Source of the DNA: an uncultured Chloroflexia bacterium
Lineage (GTDB): Bacteria; Chloroflexota; Limnocylindria; Limnocylindrales; CSP1-4
DNA length: 64,000 nucleotides
Assembly: GCA_963749705.1 (NCBI GenBank)
Contig: CAVVNQ010000003.1
Coordinates: forward strand, 128,001 to 192,000
Direction of reading: 5' to 3'
The position numbers were made by a program, and so were the translations under genes. The notes below the pieces were generated by a model that was not told the DNA's origin, did not search any database, and saw only the letters and a list, made by a program, of their open reading frames with translations. This document shows, piece by piece, positions 41,545 through 50,664 of this stretch. Every line of letters begins with the position of its first letter. Position 1 is the stretch's first letter.

Positions 41545-42416
41545 CCGGCGAGCCGCAGGAGCGCATGGGCCGCGCAGACCTGCACATCCACACGATGGCA
41601 TCCGACGGCACGTCGTCCGTACAGGAGATCCTCGATCACGTGGAGCGCGTCGGGATGCTCGACGTCATCGCGATCGCCGACCACGAGCGGATCGACGCGG
41701 CCCTCGCGGCGCGCCGCATGGCCGAGGACCGGGGCCTGGGCTTCTCGGTCGTCATCGGCGAGGAGATCACGACCCGCGGCGGGCACCTGCTGGCGCTGTA
41801 CCTCGAACGCCGGGTGCCGTCGCTCCGATCGCTCGGATGGACGATCGAGGCCGTCCACGATCAGGGGGGCCTGGCGATCCCCGCCCACCCGCTGGTTCCG
41901 TACCCGCTGTGCGCCCAGGGCTTCGTGCTCCGCCGGCTGCTGGCGAGCGACAATCCGGCCGTACGCCCCGACACCATCGAGACGTTCAACCCCACGGCGC
42001 TCGGCCGCTACCGTCACAGGCGCGTGCTCGAGTTCGCGGCCGAGCTCGGGCTCGCCGAGATCGGCAACAGCGATGCCCACGCGACCGCCGCGGTCGGCTC
42101 GGGCTGGACGTCGTTCCCCGGCCGGACTCCCGACGATGTGCGCGCCGCGATCCTCGCCGGGACCAGCCGGCACCACGGCGACTTCCACGGCACCGCCGGC
42201 CAGCTGGGAACGTTCGGCAGGCAGCTCCGGAAGTACGGGCGCGACGCCCGGGCCGATCTTGGCGGGCGCCTCCGGCGCGACGGGACGGGCCGGGACCACG
42301 GCTATCCGGGTGGCCACCTCCGACCGCCCCGGTACGCGCCCGGCGGAGCGTCGCCCGCGCCCGATCCTGGTGGAGCGTCGTCAACAGCCGAGCCCGGCGA
42401 GGCGTCTCGCAGATGA
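41541..42416 (+). CDS. PHP-family metal-dependent phosphoesterase
   Basis: DLHIHTMASDG, IADHE, GEEI...GHLL, AHP, GNSDAH. Confidence 0.88.
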   Translation: MTGEPQERMGRADLHIHTMASDGTSSVQEILDHVERVGMLDVIAIADHERIDAALAARRMAEDRGLGFSVVIGEEITTRGGHLLALYLERRVPSLRSLGWTIEAVHDQGGLAIPAHPLVPYPLCAQGFVLRRLLASDNPAVRPDTIETFNPTALGRYRHRRVLEFAAELGLAEIGNSDAHATAAVGSGWTSFPGRTPDDVRAAILAGTSRHHGDFHGTAGQLGTFGRQLRKYGRDARADLGGRLRRDGTGRDHGYPGGHLRPPRYAPGGASPAPDPGGASSTAEPGEASRR

Positions 42417-43642
42417 AGATCGGCCTCGTCTCCCCGTACGTCTACCCGCTGCCGGGCGGCGTCACGCAGCACGTCCGCTACCTCTACGAGAACCTGCGGC
42501 TGCGCGGCCACGACGTCCGGATCCTGACCTCGTCCCACGGCCTCCAGCGCGCATCCGAGGGCGACGTGATCCGGCTGGGCAAGGGGTTCTCGGTTCCCAC
42601 GAACGGGTCGGTCGGCACGATCACGCTGTCGCCCCGGTACATCTCCCAGGTCCGGGCCGTGCTCGAGCGCGAGCGGTTCGACGTGCTCCACTTCCACGAG
42701 CCGTTCGTGCCGTTCCTGTCGCTCGTCCTGCTGCGGGAATCCCACAGCGTGAACGTTGCCACCTTCCACGCCTACGGCGGCTGGTCGCCGGCGTACGAGT
42801 TCGGCAGTCGTGCCCTGCGCGGCTATGCGGAACGGCTCCACGGCCGGATCGCGGTGTCGGCCGCCGCGCGGCACTTCATCGACCGCTACTTCCCCGGCGA
42901 CTACAAGGTGATCCCCAACGGCGTGGACCTGGACCGCTTCCGGCGGGCGGTCCCGCTGGCGCGCTGGCAGGACGGGACCCGGAACATCCTGTTCGTCGGA
43001 CGGTTCGAGCCGCGCAAGGGCGTGCTGGACCTGCTCAAGGCCTACCGGATCCTGCGCAAGACGGGCTGCGAGTGCCGGCTCCTGCTGGTCGGTGGCGGGC
43101 CGCAGGAGCGCGAGGCCCGCCGCTACGTGGCCACGCGCCGGCTGCGCGGGGTGGAGTTCGTCGGTCGCGTCTCGGACGACGAGCGGGACCAGCTGTTCCG
43201 CACGGCCGACGTCTACGTGTCCCCCGCAACCGGCCGCGAATCGTTCGGGATCGTCCTGCTCGAGGCGATGGCGGCCGGGGCGCCGATCGTCGCGTCCGAC
43301 ATCCACGGCTACAAGGGCGTGGTCCGGCGTGGCCGCGAGGCGCTGCTGGTCCCGCCTCGAGCGCCCAAGCAGATCGCGCTGTCGGTCGGTCGCCTGCTGC
43401 GCGATCCGGAGCTCGCCGCCGCCATGTCCGAGGCCGGGATCCAGCGCGCCGAGGAGTTCAGCTGGCCACGGGTGACCGCCAAGGTGGACGACTACTACGG
43501 GTTCGTGATCCGGCGGCTCGACGCCGCCGGCGCCCTGCCCGCGCACTTCTCGGCCGACGTCCCGCCATCGCCGCGGGCGGCTGGGTCGGACCAGGCCGGG
43601 GACGCGAGCGGCACCGCGGACGAGGTTTCGCGCCCCGCCTGA
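42413..43642 (+). CDS. GT4 glycosyltransferase, PimA-like phosphatidylinositol mannosyltransferase
   Basis: MKIGLVSPY...PGGVTQH, NGSV, HFHEP, ATFH, EPRKG, ESFGIVLLEAMA; context with pgsA and patA. Confidence 0.85.
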   Translation: MKIGLVSPYVYPLPGGVTQHVRYLYENLRLRGHDVRILTSSHGLQRASEGDVIRLGKGFSVPTNGSVGTITLSPRYISQVRAVLERERFDVLHFHEPFVPFLSLVLLRESHSVNVATFHAYGGWSPAYEFGSRALRGYAERLHGRIAVSAAARHFIDRYFPGDYKVIPNGVDLDRFRRAVPLARWQDGTRNILFVGRFEPRKGVLDLLKAYRILRKTGCECRLLLVGGGPQEREARRYVATRRLRGVEFVGRVSDDERDQLFRTADVYVSPATGRESFGIVLLEAMAAGAPIVASDIHGYKGVVRRGREALLVPPRAPKQIALSVGRLLRDPELAAAMSEAGIQRAEEFSWPRVTAKVDDYYGFVIRRLDAAGALPAHFSADVPPSPRAAGSDQAGDASGTADEVSRPA

Positions 43643-43673
43643 CCGCACGCTCGCGGGGCGGCGCGGCGCTCGC

Positions 43674-46600
43674 TCAGGTCGCTCCCGGCTCACCCGCCGG
43701 GCCACCGGCCACGCGATCCGGGGCCTGGTCCGCCGGCTCGTCGGCCAGGGACTGGCGCCAGATCCACGCCGAGTAGGCGACCACGACGGCCGCGATCGCG
43801 ATGAACGCCAGGAGCAGCACGAAGCGCGGATCCGCGAACGAGATCGAGCCGCTGCGGTCGATCGTGTTGACCGAGAACTGGAACGCGTACAGGTAGGTCG
43901 GCAGCAGCCCCTGGTAGGCGTTGACCACCGTCGCCGGCAGCGGCAGCGCCGAGATGTTGGGATACAGGATCACGAACCAGATCGCGACCGCCGAGATCAG
44001 CCCGATCACGAACCGCCGGGCGTCCCGGGCCGTCACGACCTGGATCGCGACGAGCCCGAGCGGGATGGCGATCACGAGCGCGATCAGCTCGGGCACGATC
44101 CCCGGGAAGTCGAGCAACGGCTCGGTCGACGGGAGCACCCGCGACAGCGCCAGCAACGCTCCGCCGATGACGGCGGTCGCCAGCAGCGGCACGAGATCGC
44201 GTCCGTCAAGCGGACGCCCGTCCGAGCGCGGCCGCCCCAGGTCGATGAGCTGCCGGACGAGGATCACCAGCGTCACCAGCACGATGACGGCCATGGCGGC
44301 CGCCGCCGGCGTGATGACCAGGTTGCCGGGGTTCCCGTGGCACGCGGCCGAGCCCTCGTTGACGGAGTCGACGCCCGCGAACGTGCACAGCGGCAGGCGA
44401 AGGACCCACAGGATCACCGGTCCCATCAGCGCCACCGCGGCCGCCACCCGCGCCAGCAGCCAGGTCCGCCGCGAGGCGCCATGCCACAGCTCGGCGACGA
44501 AGTAGGCGAGCGCCATGACCACGAACGGCAGGCTCGTGTAGTAGTGGTACTCGAACGCCGCGCGGTCGATCCGCGCCCAGGACACCCACTGGCACAGGAA
44601 CCCGATCACGATCAGGCCGAGGGCAAGGCTCCGGCGACGGAACGCCTGGTAGGTGACGAACACGAGCGCCGGGACACCCAGCCACCAGATGACCAGGTTG
44701 CCCGCGTCGTAGATCGATCCCGCCGTCGATTCGGCGAACCCGCCCTGGTAGAACCACACGGGCTTCAGGTTGAGCGGCCACGCCCACCACGGCGAGCTGG
44801 CCGGATGCGCGGCCGTCAGGTTGTTGTGATAGCGGTACATCTCGCCGGTGAGATCCAGCAGGGTCTGGCCGTTGTGCCCCGGCGGCCAGCCCGTCACGAT
44901 CTGGTGCCCCTCGATCGCCGCCCACGGCAGGTACGAGATGACATAGACCACGATCGGGATCACGAGCAGCGAGCCCAGCATCCACACGATCGGCAGCCCG
45001 AGGCCCGATCCCAGGCGAAGCCAGCCCTCCGCGGGCGGTGAGGCCGGTGGGATCCCGGCGACGGTCCCGGTCGACGGGACGGGCGCCATCGGACCGAACC
45101 CGAGCCGCCCGCCCAGCTGGAACATGGCGTACGCCGCGAGACCGGCGAGGACCAGCACGAACGCGGCGGAGATCGGCGTCACCAGCACCGGGCCGAGGGC
45201 GATCGCCGTATCCGCCCGCCCCAGCGCGATGGACGAGAGCGCGAGCAGGATGCCCAGCGCCGGAGGTCCGCCCACCGCCAGCCGGATCTCGTCGTCCGAC
45301 CAGGCGATCGGGTGGTACGCGCTGATCGCGACCGCGGCCAGCGTGAGGCCGATCATCATCAGGGCGAAGGTGACGTTCCCGCTTGCCTCGCTCCCGGTCG
45401 GCACCGCGAGCGCCATCCAGCCGAGCACGCCGGTGAGCCCGATCATGCCCAGGATCAGCAGCACGCGACCCAGCGCGGAGCGGGCGAGGATCAGGATGCC
45501 CAGGGCACCGATGGCGTATGCCGCCACCCACTTCGAGGCCAGGGCGAGGCCGAGCAGCACCCCGATCGCGGGCATCGCCACCCAGAACGACCAGCGGCGC
45601 CTTGCGGGCTGGAGCCACAGCCAGGCGAACAGCAGGTACGCCGCGAGGATGAAGAAGCCGACGTACACGTCGTTCATCGCGATCCGGCTCTGGACGAAGA
45701 ACATCCCATCGAGGACGGCGAACAGGCCGACGAGCACGCCCACCTCGCGGCGACGGAACAGCACCCGGGTGAGCAGGTACAGCAGGCCCGCGGACAGGGC
45801 GCCGAGGATGACGCCCGGCAGGCGCCAGGCAAAGGCGTAGTCGTCGACGTTGAGCGCGCCGGTGGCCCCGCCCGCCGAGAACACCAGGATCGCGCCATGG
45901 CTGTCGGTCGGGTAGTCCTTGTTGCTGTCGAGGACCCAGGCCGCCGCGTCGAACGGCAGCCGATGGTCGGCGAACACCGTCTTGCCATGTGGCTCGATCA
46001 CGTACACGGTGGGGCTTCCGTCGGGCGCGACCCCCAGCGCGTCCACGAGCCCCGCCGCCTCGTCGTACACGATCCGGGACGTCGCCCCGGGCATCTGCAT
46101 CGTCGCGGTCATGCGCGGGCCGTCCTTGGCCGAGTCGCCGGACATCGCGACGATCGCCACCTGCGGCTGACCGATGGCCGCGTCGGTGCTCGTGGCGTAC
46201 AACTGCGTGCCGTCCTCCACCCCGCTGACGTAGGCGACCGAGGTCGCCGGCCCCTTGAGGGCGATGGTCGCGGCCAGGGCGCCGCGCGTGGTCACGAGGT
46301 CCACGCCGGCGGTGTCGGCCACCGCCAGCACGGGGACCTTGTCGATCCGGATCCCGGCCAGCTGTCCGCCATCGATCGCCGCCTGGAGGCTCGATCGCAC
46401 CTCGGGCGTCAGCGTGCCGGGCAGGGTCACGGTGTCGGCGTCGAGCTGTGTCAGGCCGGATGCATAGTCGGCGGCGTCCCCGCCCAGGATGCTCGCCAGC
46501 GTTGCCGCCTCGGCCGTGGCATCGGTGACGTCGACCGGCGTCGCGACGACGGCGTCGCTCTGACCCGCCGCCAGCATGTCGGCGGCACCGGGCAGCACCA

Positions 46601-49088
46601 CGCGCCCGTTCTCGGTGCCGGTGCCGCCATCGACGACCGCGACCGTGTCCCCGGGCAGCAGCGCGGCGATGGCCTGGCCGCCATCGAACGTGGCCAGGCG
46701 GCGGATCGATCCGTCGAGGGTGGCGATCGGCGTCGGCGAGACCGGCGGTGACGCCGCGTCGAACCCGCCCAGGTCATCGAGCGAGGACACGTCGAGCGCC
46801 AGGACCTGCCCCGCGTCCGTGCCCACCAGCACCTGAAGCCCGTCCGGGTCGAAGGTGACGGCAGATGCGCCGGGCACGGACCAGCGTGCGGCGACCGCGC
46901 GCGTCCGGAGGTCGTAGCCGACGAGCTCGTCGCCCGTGGCCACCCACACCCGGTCGCCGGCGCGATCGCCGGTTGCAAGGAGGTCCGGCCGCATCGGCTC
47001 GATCGCCGCGTCGCGGACCTTGACATCAAGCTGGCTCGTGGCCTCCACGTCATGCCCGGCGAACAGGACGATCCCCGCTGCGATCGCGTACTTCGCGAGG
47101 TGGGGGTGCGTCCATTCGTAGATCGGATGCTCGATCCCGTACCGCCAGTCCTGGAGGAACTCGGCGGCCGTGCGGGCGTGGTAGACCTCGTCGAAGTGCA
47201 TCCGCACCGGCTCCGCGAGCCGGAACATCCGCAGGCCCATGGCCGCCGCCACGATCACGACCAGGATCCAGATGTCGAGGCGATCGAGGCGGCCACGTCC
47301 CTCGCGGGCGAGCTGGTGCGACCGGTCCGGCCGGATCGGTGTCTCGTTGATGCGGGCCCGGAACCACCCGACGATGCCCAGGTCGGACAGCGACGGGCGG
47401 TCGTACCAGGCGGGCAGGCGGCGACGCGGTCGCGCGGAGTCCGGGTCCGCGGCCGGGTCCGGGACCGATCCGCCGACTCCTGATGCGTGCGGCACGGCCG
47501 GTGGCCCCGACGCTGCCGTCGCGACCGAGGCCGGGGCCGGGGGGATCGCGGTCTGGGCCGGAGGGATTGCGGCAGGCCCCGGGGAGGCCGTCGGGTCCGG
47601 TGGCGCGTAGGCGGGCGCACTGTCGCCGATCGAGCCGCGGAGGCGCTCCGCGGCGAGCCGGCGCCTCGCGGCCGGCCGGAGCTGCGCGATGGCCCACACC
47701 AGCACCGCGGTGTGCATCGCCGCGATGATCGCGACCCCCCAGAACGAGCGGACGGCCTCGCCGATGCCCAGCCAGTCGGCGATCCCGGGGTTCCCCGGGT
47801 ACACCGTGGTCAGGACGACGTACATGTTGAGGAACGTCGCCACCCCGGCGATCGCGTAGGCGATCCGCCATCGCCACGAGAACGCGATCAGGATCCCCGC
47901 CAGACCGAACAGCGGGAACAGGTATCGCTCGTGCACGCGGGTGGGCACCGCGAAGAACGCGAGCGCCAGCACCGACACGCCGACCAGGATCGTCAGCCGA
48001 TCCGGGCGCCGTGCGACGATGAACGAGGTGACCAGGATCACCGCCACCAGCAGCAGCGCCCCGACCAGAGCGGCCGGCAGCCCGCCGACCTGCGCCCACG
48101 TGGCGGCGTCGGGGACGGGCGCGTCCGGGATCCACTGCGTCGATCCCGACGATGCGAGGCTGACGCCGTCGACCGGGAACAGCGCCCACGCGTTGTACGC
48201 GTTCACGGTCACGAACGAGTAGGTGGCCGCGGTGCTCAGGACCAGGCGGACCAGCGCCGAATCGACGAACGGGGCGGTGGTGCTGAACGAGACCACCGAC
48301 AGCCCGAACGGCGCCGACACCACCACGGCCGTCAGGAAGCCGGCCACGGCCGTGGTCAGGATCCGGATCGGGCCGGTCGTCCGTCGCTCCCAGGCGGTGC
48401 CGGACGGCTCGGGTGCCGGATCATCACCCCAGCCACCGGACGGCCAGACCGCGCGGCGGATGACGACCAGGGCGAGGATCGGCACGAGGATGCCCAGCTG
48501 GGGCTTGATCAGGGCCGCGACCATGGCGAGGATGGCCGATCGCTCACTGCGGCCCTTCCACAGCTCGCGGATCGCGAGCAGCAGGAACACGGTCCCGAAG
48601 GAGTCCACCTGGCCCCAGATCGTGGAGTCGAACCAGCTGATCGGGTTGAAGATCACGACCGCGGCCGCGATCGTGGCGCGCCGCTCCGTGGTGCCGAGGT
48701 CGAGCGCCATGCGGTACACGACCAGCCCCAGCGCGATGTCGGTCACGATCGCGGGCAGCTTGATCAGGTCGCCGACCCCGCCCGCGACCTGCCCGACCAG
48801 GCCGACCAGCCACAGTGCGTACAGGTATCCGGGGGTGTAATCGGCGAAGAAGCCGCGGTCGTAGAACCCGAACGGTCCCTGCTGGCCGAGGTTCGAGGCC
48901 CAGTAGCGGAACAGCTTCAGGTCGGAGTCGAAGCCCGATCCGCGGAGTCCATCGATGCCGTATGCCATGATCAACCGGAAGACGAGCCCGATCGCCATCA
49001 CGATCAGGATCTGCCGGCCGATACCTCGCCAGGAGGTGTGGGCCGCGAGCATGTTCCGGTCGGGCGCGCCCGAACCCGAACCGGTCAC
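43674..49088 (-). CDS. ~1800-aa double GT-C protein: N-terminal polyprenyl-P-sugar transferase fused to a PMT (GT39)-like domain with a large insertion
   Basis: AGGAGG RBS before GTG 49088; DYTPGY, WGQVDS, HERY; FDEVYH, HPHLAK, SRIAMND, SKW, HPASSPWWAWPL, FEYHY. Confidence 0.85.
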   Translation of the reverse strand: MTGSGSGAPDRNMLAAHTSWRGIGRQILIVMAIGLVFRLIMAYGIDGLRGSGFDSDLKLFRYWASNLGQQGPFGFYDRGFFADYTPGYLYALWLVGLVGQVAGGVGDLIKLPAIVTDIALGLVVYRMALDLGTTERRATIAAAVVIFNPISWFDSTIWGQVDSFGTVFLLLAIRELWKGRSERSAILAMVAALIKPQLGILVPILALVVIRRAVWPSGGWGDDPAPEPSGTAWERRTTGPIRILTTAVAGFLTAVVVSAPFGLSVVSFSTTAPFVDSALVRLVLSTAATYSFVTVNAYNAWALFPVDGVSLASSGSTQWIPDAPVPDAATWAQVGGLPAALVGALLLVAVILVTSFIVARRPDRLTILVGVSVLALAFFAVPTRVHERYLFPLFGLAGILIAFSWRWRIAYAIAGVATFLNMYVVLTTVYPGNPGIADWLGIGEAVRSFWGVAIIAAMHTAVLVWAIAQLRPAARRRLAAERLRGSIGDSAPAYAPPDPTASPGPAAIPPAQTAIPPAPASVATAASGPPAVPHASGVGGSVPDPAADPDSARPRRRLPAWYDRPSLSDLGIVGWFRARINETPIRPDRSHQLAREGRGRLDRLDIWILVVIVAAAMGLRMFRLAEPVRMHFDEVYHARTAAEFLQDWRYGIEHPIYEWTHPHLAKYAIAAGIVLFAGHDVEATSQLDVKVRDAAIEPMRPDLLATGDRAGDRVWVATGDELVGYDLRTRAVAARWSVPGASAVTFDPDGLQVLVGTDAGQVLALDVSSLDDLGGFDAASPPVSPTPIATLDGSIRRLATFDGGQAIAALLPGDTVAVVDGGTGTENGRVVLPGAADMLAAGQSDAVVATPVDVTDATAEAATLASILGGDAADYASGLTQLDADTVTLPGTLTPEVRSSLQAAIDGGQLAGIRIDKVPVLAVADTAGVDLVTTRGALAATIALKGPATSVAYVSGVEDGTQLYATSTDAAIGQPQVAIVAMSGDSAKDGPRMTATMQMPGATSRIVYDEAAGLVDALGVAPDGSPTVYVIEPHGKTVFADHRLPFDAAAWVLDSNKDYPTDSHGAILVFSAGGATGALNVDDYAFAWRLPGVILGALSAGLLYLLTRVLFRRREVGVLVGLFAVLDGMFFVQSRIAMNDVYVGFFILAAYLLFAWLWLQPARRRWSFWVAMPAIGVLLGLALASKWVAAYAIGALGILILARSALGRVLLILGMIGLTGVLGWMALAVPTGSEASGNVTFALMMIGLTLAAVAISAYHPIAWSDDEIRLAVGGPPALGILLALSSIALGRADTAIALGPVLVTPISAAFVLVLAGLAAYAMFQLGGRLGFGPMAPVPSTGTVAGIPPASPPAEGWLRLGSGLGLPIVWMLGSLLVIPIVVYVISYLPWAAIEGHQIVTGWPPGHNGQTLLDLTGEMYRYHNNLTAAHPASSPWWAWPLNLKPVWFYQGGFAESTAGSIYDAGNLVIWWLGVPALVFVTYQAFRRRSLALGLIVIGFLCQWVSWARIDRAAFEYHYYTSLPFVVMALAYFVAELWHGASRRTWLLARVAAAVALMGPVILWVLRLPLCTFAGVDSVNEGSAACHGNPGNLVITPAAAAMAVIVLVTLVILVRQLIDLGRPRSDGRPLDGRDLVPLLATAVIGGALLALSRVLPSTEPLLDFPGIVPELIALVIAIPLGLVAIQVVTARDARRFVIGLISAVAIWFVILYPNISALPLPATVVNAYQGLLPTYLYAFQFSVNTIDRSGSISFADPRFVLLLAFIAIAAVVVAYSAWIWRQSLADEPADQAPDRVAGGPAGEPGAT

Positions 49089-49115
49089 GGGGAGCCTCCT
49101 ACACAAGCGTTGAAG

Positions 49116-50612
49116 GTGAAGCGGAGTATAGCCGAGGGTCGCGTCGCGACCCCCCTGCCGGACACCCATGGCCTCAACCCCGCGACGATCGTCGTCGGGG
49201 TGCTCCTCGCGTGCGCCGCACTGGCCCTGTACGGGATCTCGAACCCCGTCCACCTGAACCAGTACAACCACTTCGTGTGGCAGGCGGACGCGTTCCTCCA
49301 CGGGCGTGACTGGTTCCCGTACCCGGTCCCCGACGGCACCGGCCAGCCGGGCAACTGGTACTTCCAGGACGTGTATCCGCTGACCGACGCCAGCGGCGTT
49401 CCCGACGGGCGCGGGCTGCTGCCGTTCCCGCCGCTCCCCGCACTGGTGCTGGTGCCGTTCGTGTGGCTGTTCGGCCTGTTCGCGGACCAGGAGGGCGTCG
49501 GGATCCTGCTGGCCGCGGCCGGGGTCGGGATCGCGTACTGGATGCTGGGCCGGCTGCCGATCCGGCCGTCGGTCCGGATCCTGACCACGATCCTGTTCGC
49601 CACCGGAACGGTCTGGTGGTGGTCGGCGGCCGTCGGCAGCACCTGGTACTTCGCCCATCTCGTCGCGGTCGACATCGCCCTGGTCGCGGTGGGCGTGTCG
49701 CTGGGTGCCGACCGGCTGGCAAGCGTCGAGGATCCATGGGACGAGGCCGACCGCGAGGCCGATCGGCTGGACCTGGAGAACGCGCCGGATCGAGGAGCGC
49801 TCGGCGGGCTGGCCGCGGGGATCTGGCCGCTCGACCGGTCCCAGGTGCTGGCCGGATTCCTGCTCGGCCTGGCTGCCACGGCACGCCTGCCGCTGGTGTT
49901 CGCGGCGCCCTGGCTGATGATGGTCGGGGGAGGCGGCTCGTGGCCCCGTCGCACGGCCTCGGCCGCGGTCGGCGCCGCCGGGCCGGTCGGGGCGCTGCTC
50001 CTGTACACGCTGATCACCACGGGCTCGCTGATCCACCCCGGCTACGACTACCAGTACCAGCTCGAGGCCAACGGCTATCCGACGCTCGGCTACCACCCCG
50101 AGTGGGCCGTCGAGGACATCCGGTACATTCCCCAGAACCTGGGGATCATGTTCGGAGCCCTGCCCGTGGTCGATCCCGACCTCAAGCCCGACACCCTCGG
50201 GTTCGCGGCGCCGCATCCGCTGTGCACGGCCCCGGGGGCGCAGCGCTCGCTGTTCGACCTCGAGTGCCCGCTCGTGCTGCCGATCGACATCGGGACCAGC
50301 ATCGTGCTCAGCGCGCCCGGCCTGTTCCTCGCCCTGTTCGCCGTCAGACGCCGGCCGCTCGCCCGGTTGACGCTCGGCGCCGGGGTCGCGGTGGTCACGA
50401 TCGCGCTGTTCAACCTCGCCCACTTCAGCCAGGGCTGGGTCCAGTGGGGCTACCGCTTCTCGCTGGACTTCATCCCGTTCCTGCTGCCGCTGGTCGCGCT
50501 GGGCGCCGCGCGCCTCGACGGCCGGCCGCGGACGACCGCGGTCGTGCTCGTCGCGGCGGGCGCGGCGATCAACCTGTGGGGCGTCGTCTGGGGCCAGATC
50601 CTTGGCTGGTAG
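49116..50612 (+). CDS. Polytopic membrane protein, putative GT-C glycosyltransferase (start uncertain)
   Basis: Many TM helices; QADAFLHG, PFPPLPA, WYFAH, WGYRFSLDF; high GC3. Confidence 0.65.
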   Translation: MKRSIAEGRVATPLPDTHGLNPATIVVGVLLACAALALYGISNPVHLNQYNHFVWQADAFLHGRDWFPYPVPDGTGQPGNWYFQDVYPLTDASGVPDGRGLLPFPPLPALVLVPFVWLFGLFADQEGVGILLAAAGVGIAYWMLGRLPIRPSVRILTTILFATGTVWWWSAAVGSTWYFAHLVAVDIALVAVGVSLGADRLASVEDPWDEADREADRLDLENAPDRGALGGLAAGIWPLDRSQVLAGFLLGLAATARLPLVFAAPWLMMVGGGGSWPRRTASAAVGAAGPVGALLLYTLITTGSLIHPGYDYQYQLEANGYPTLGYHPEWAVEDIRYIPQNLGIMFGALPVVDPDLKPDTLGFAAPHPLCTAPGAQRSLFDLECPLVLPIDIGTSIVLSAPGLFLALFAVRRRPLARLTLGAGVAVVTIALFNLAHFSQGWVQWGYRFSLDFIPFLLPLVALGAARLDGRPRTTAVVLVAAGAAINLWGVVWGQILGW

Positions 50613-50664
50613 CCCGCTCGCCGACCGGGTGGCCGGCAGCCGCGCGGCGAGCCGGCTCCGTGCC

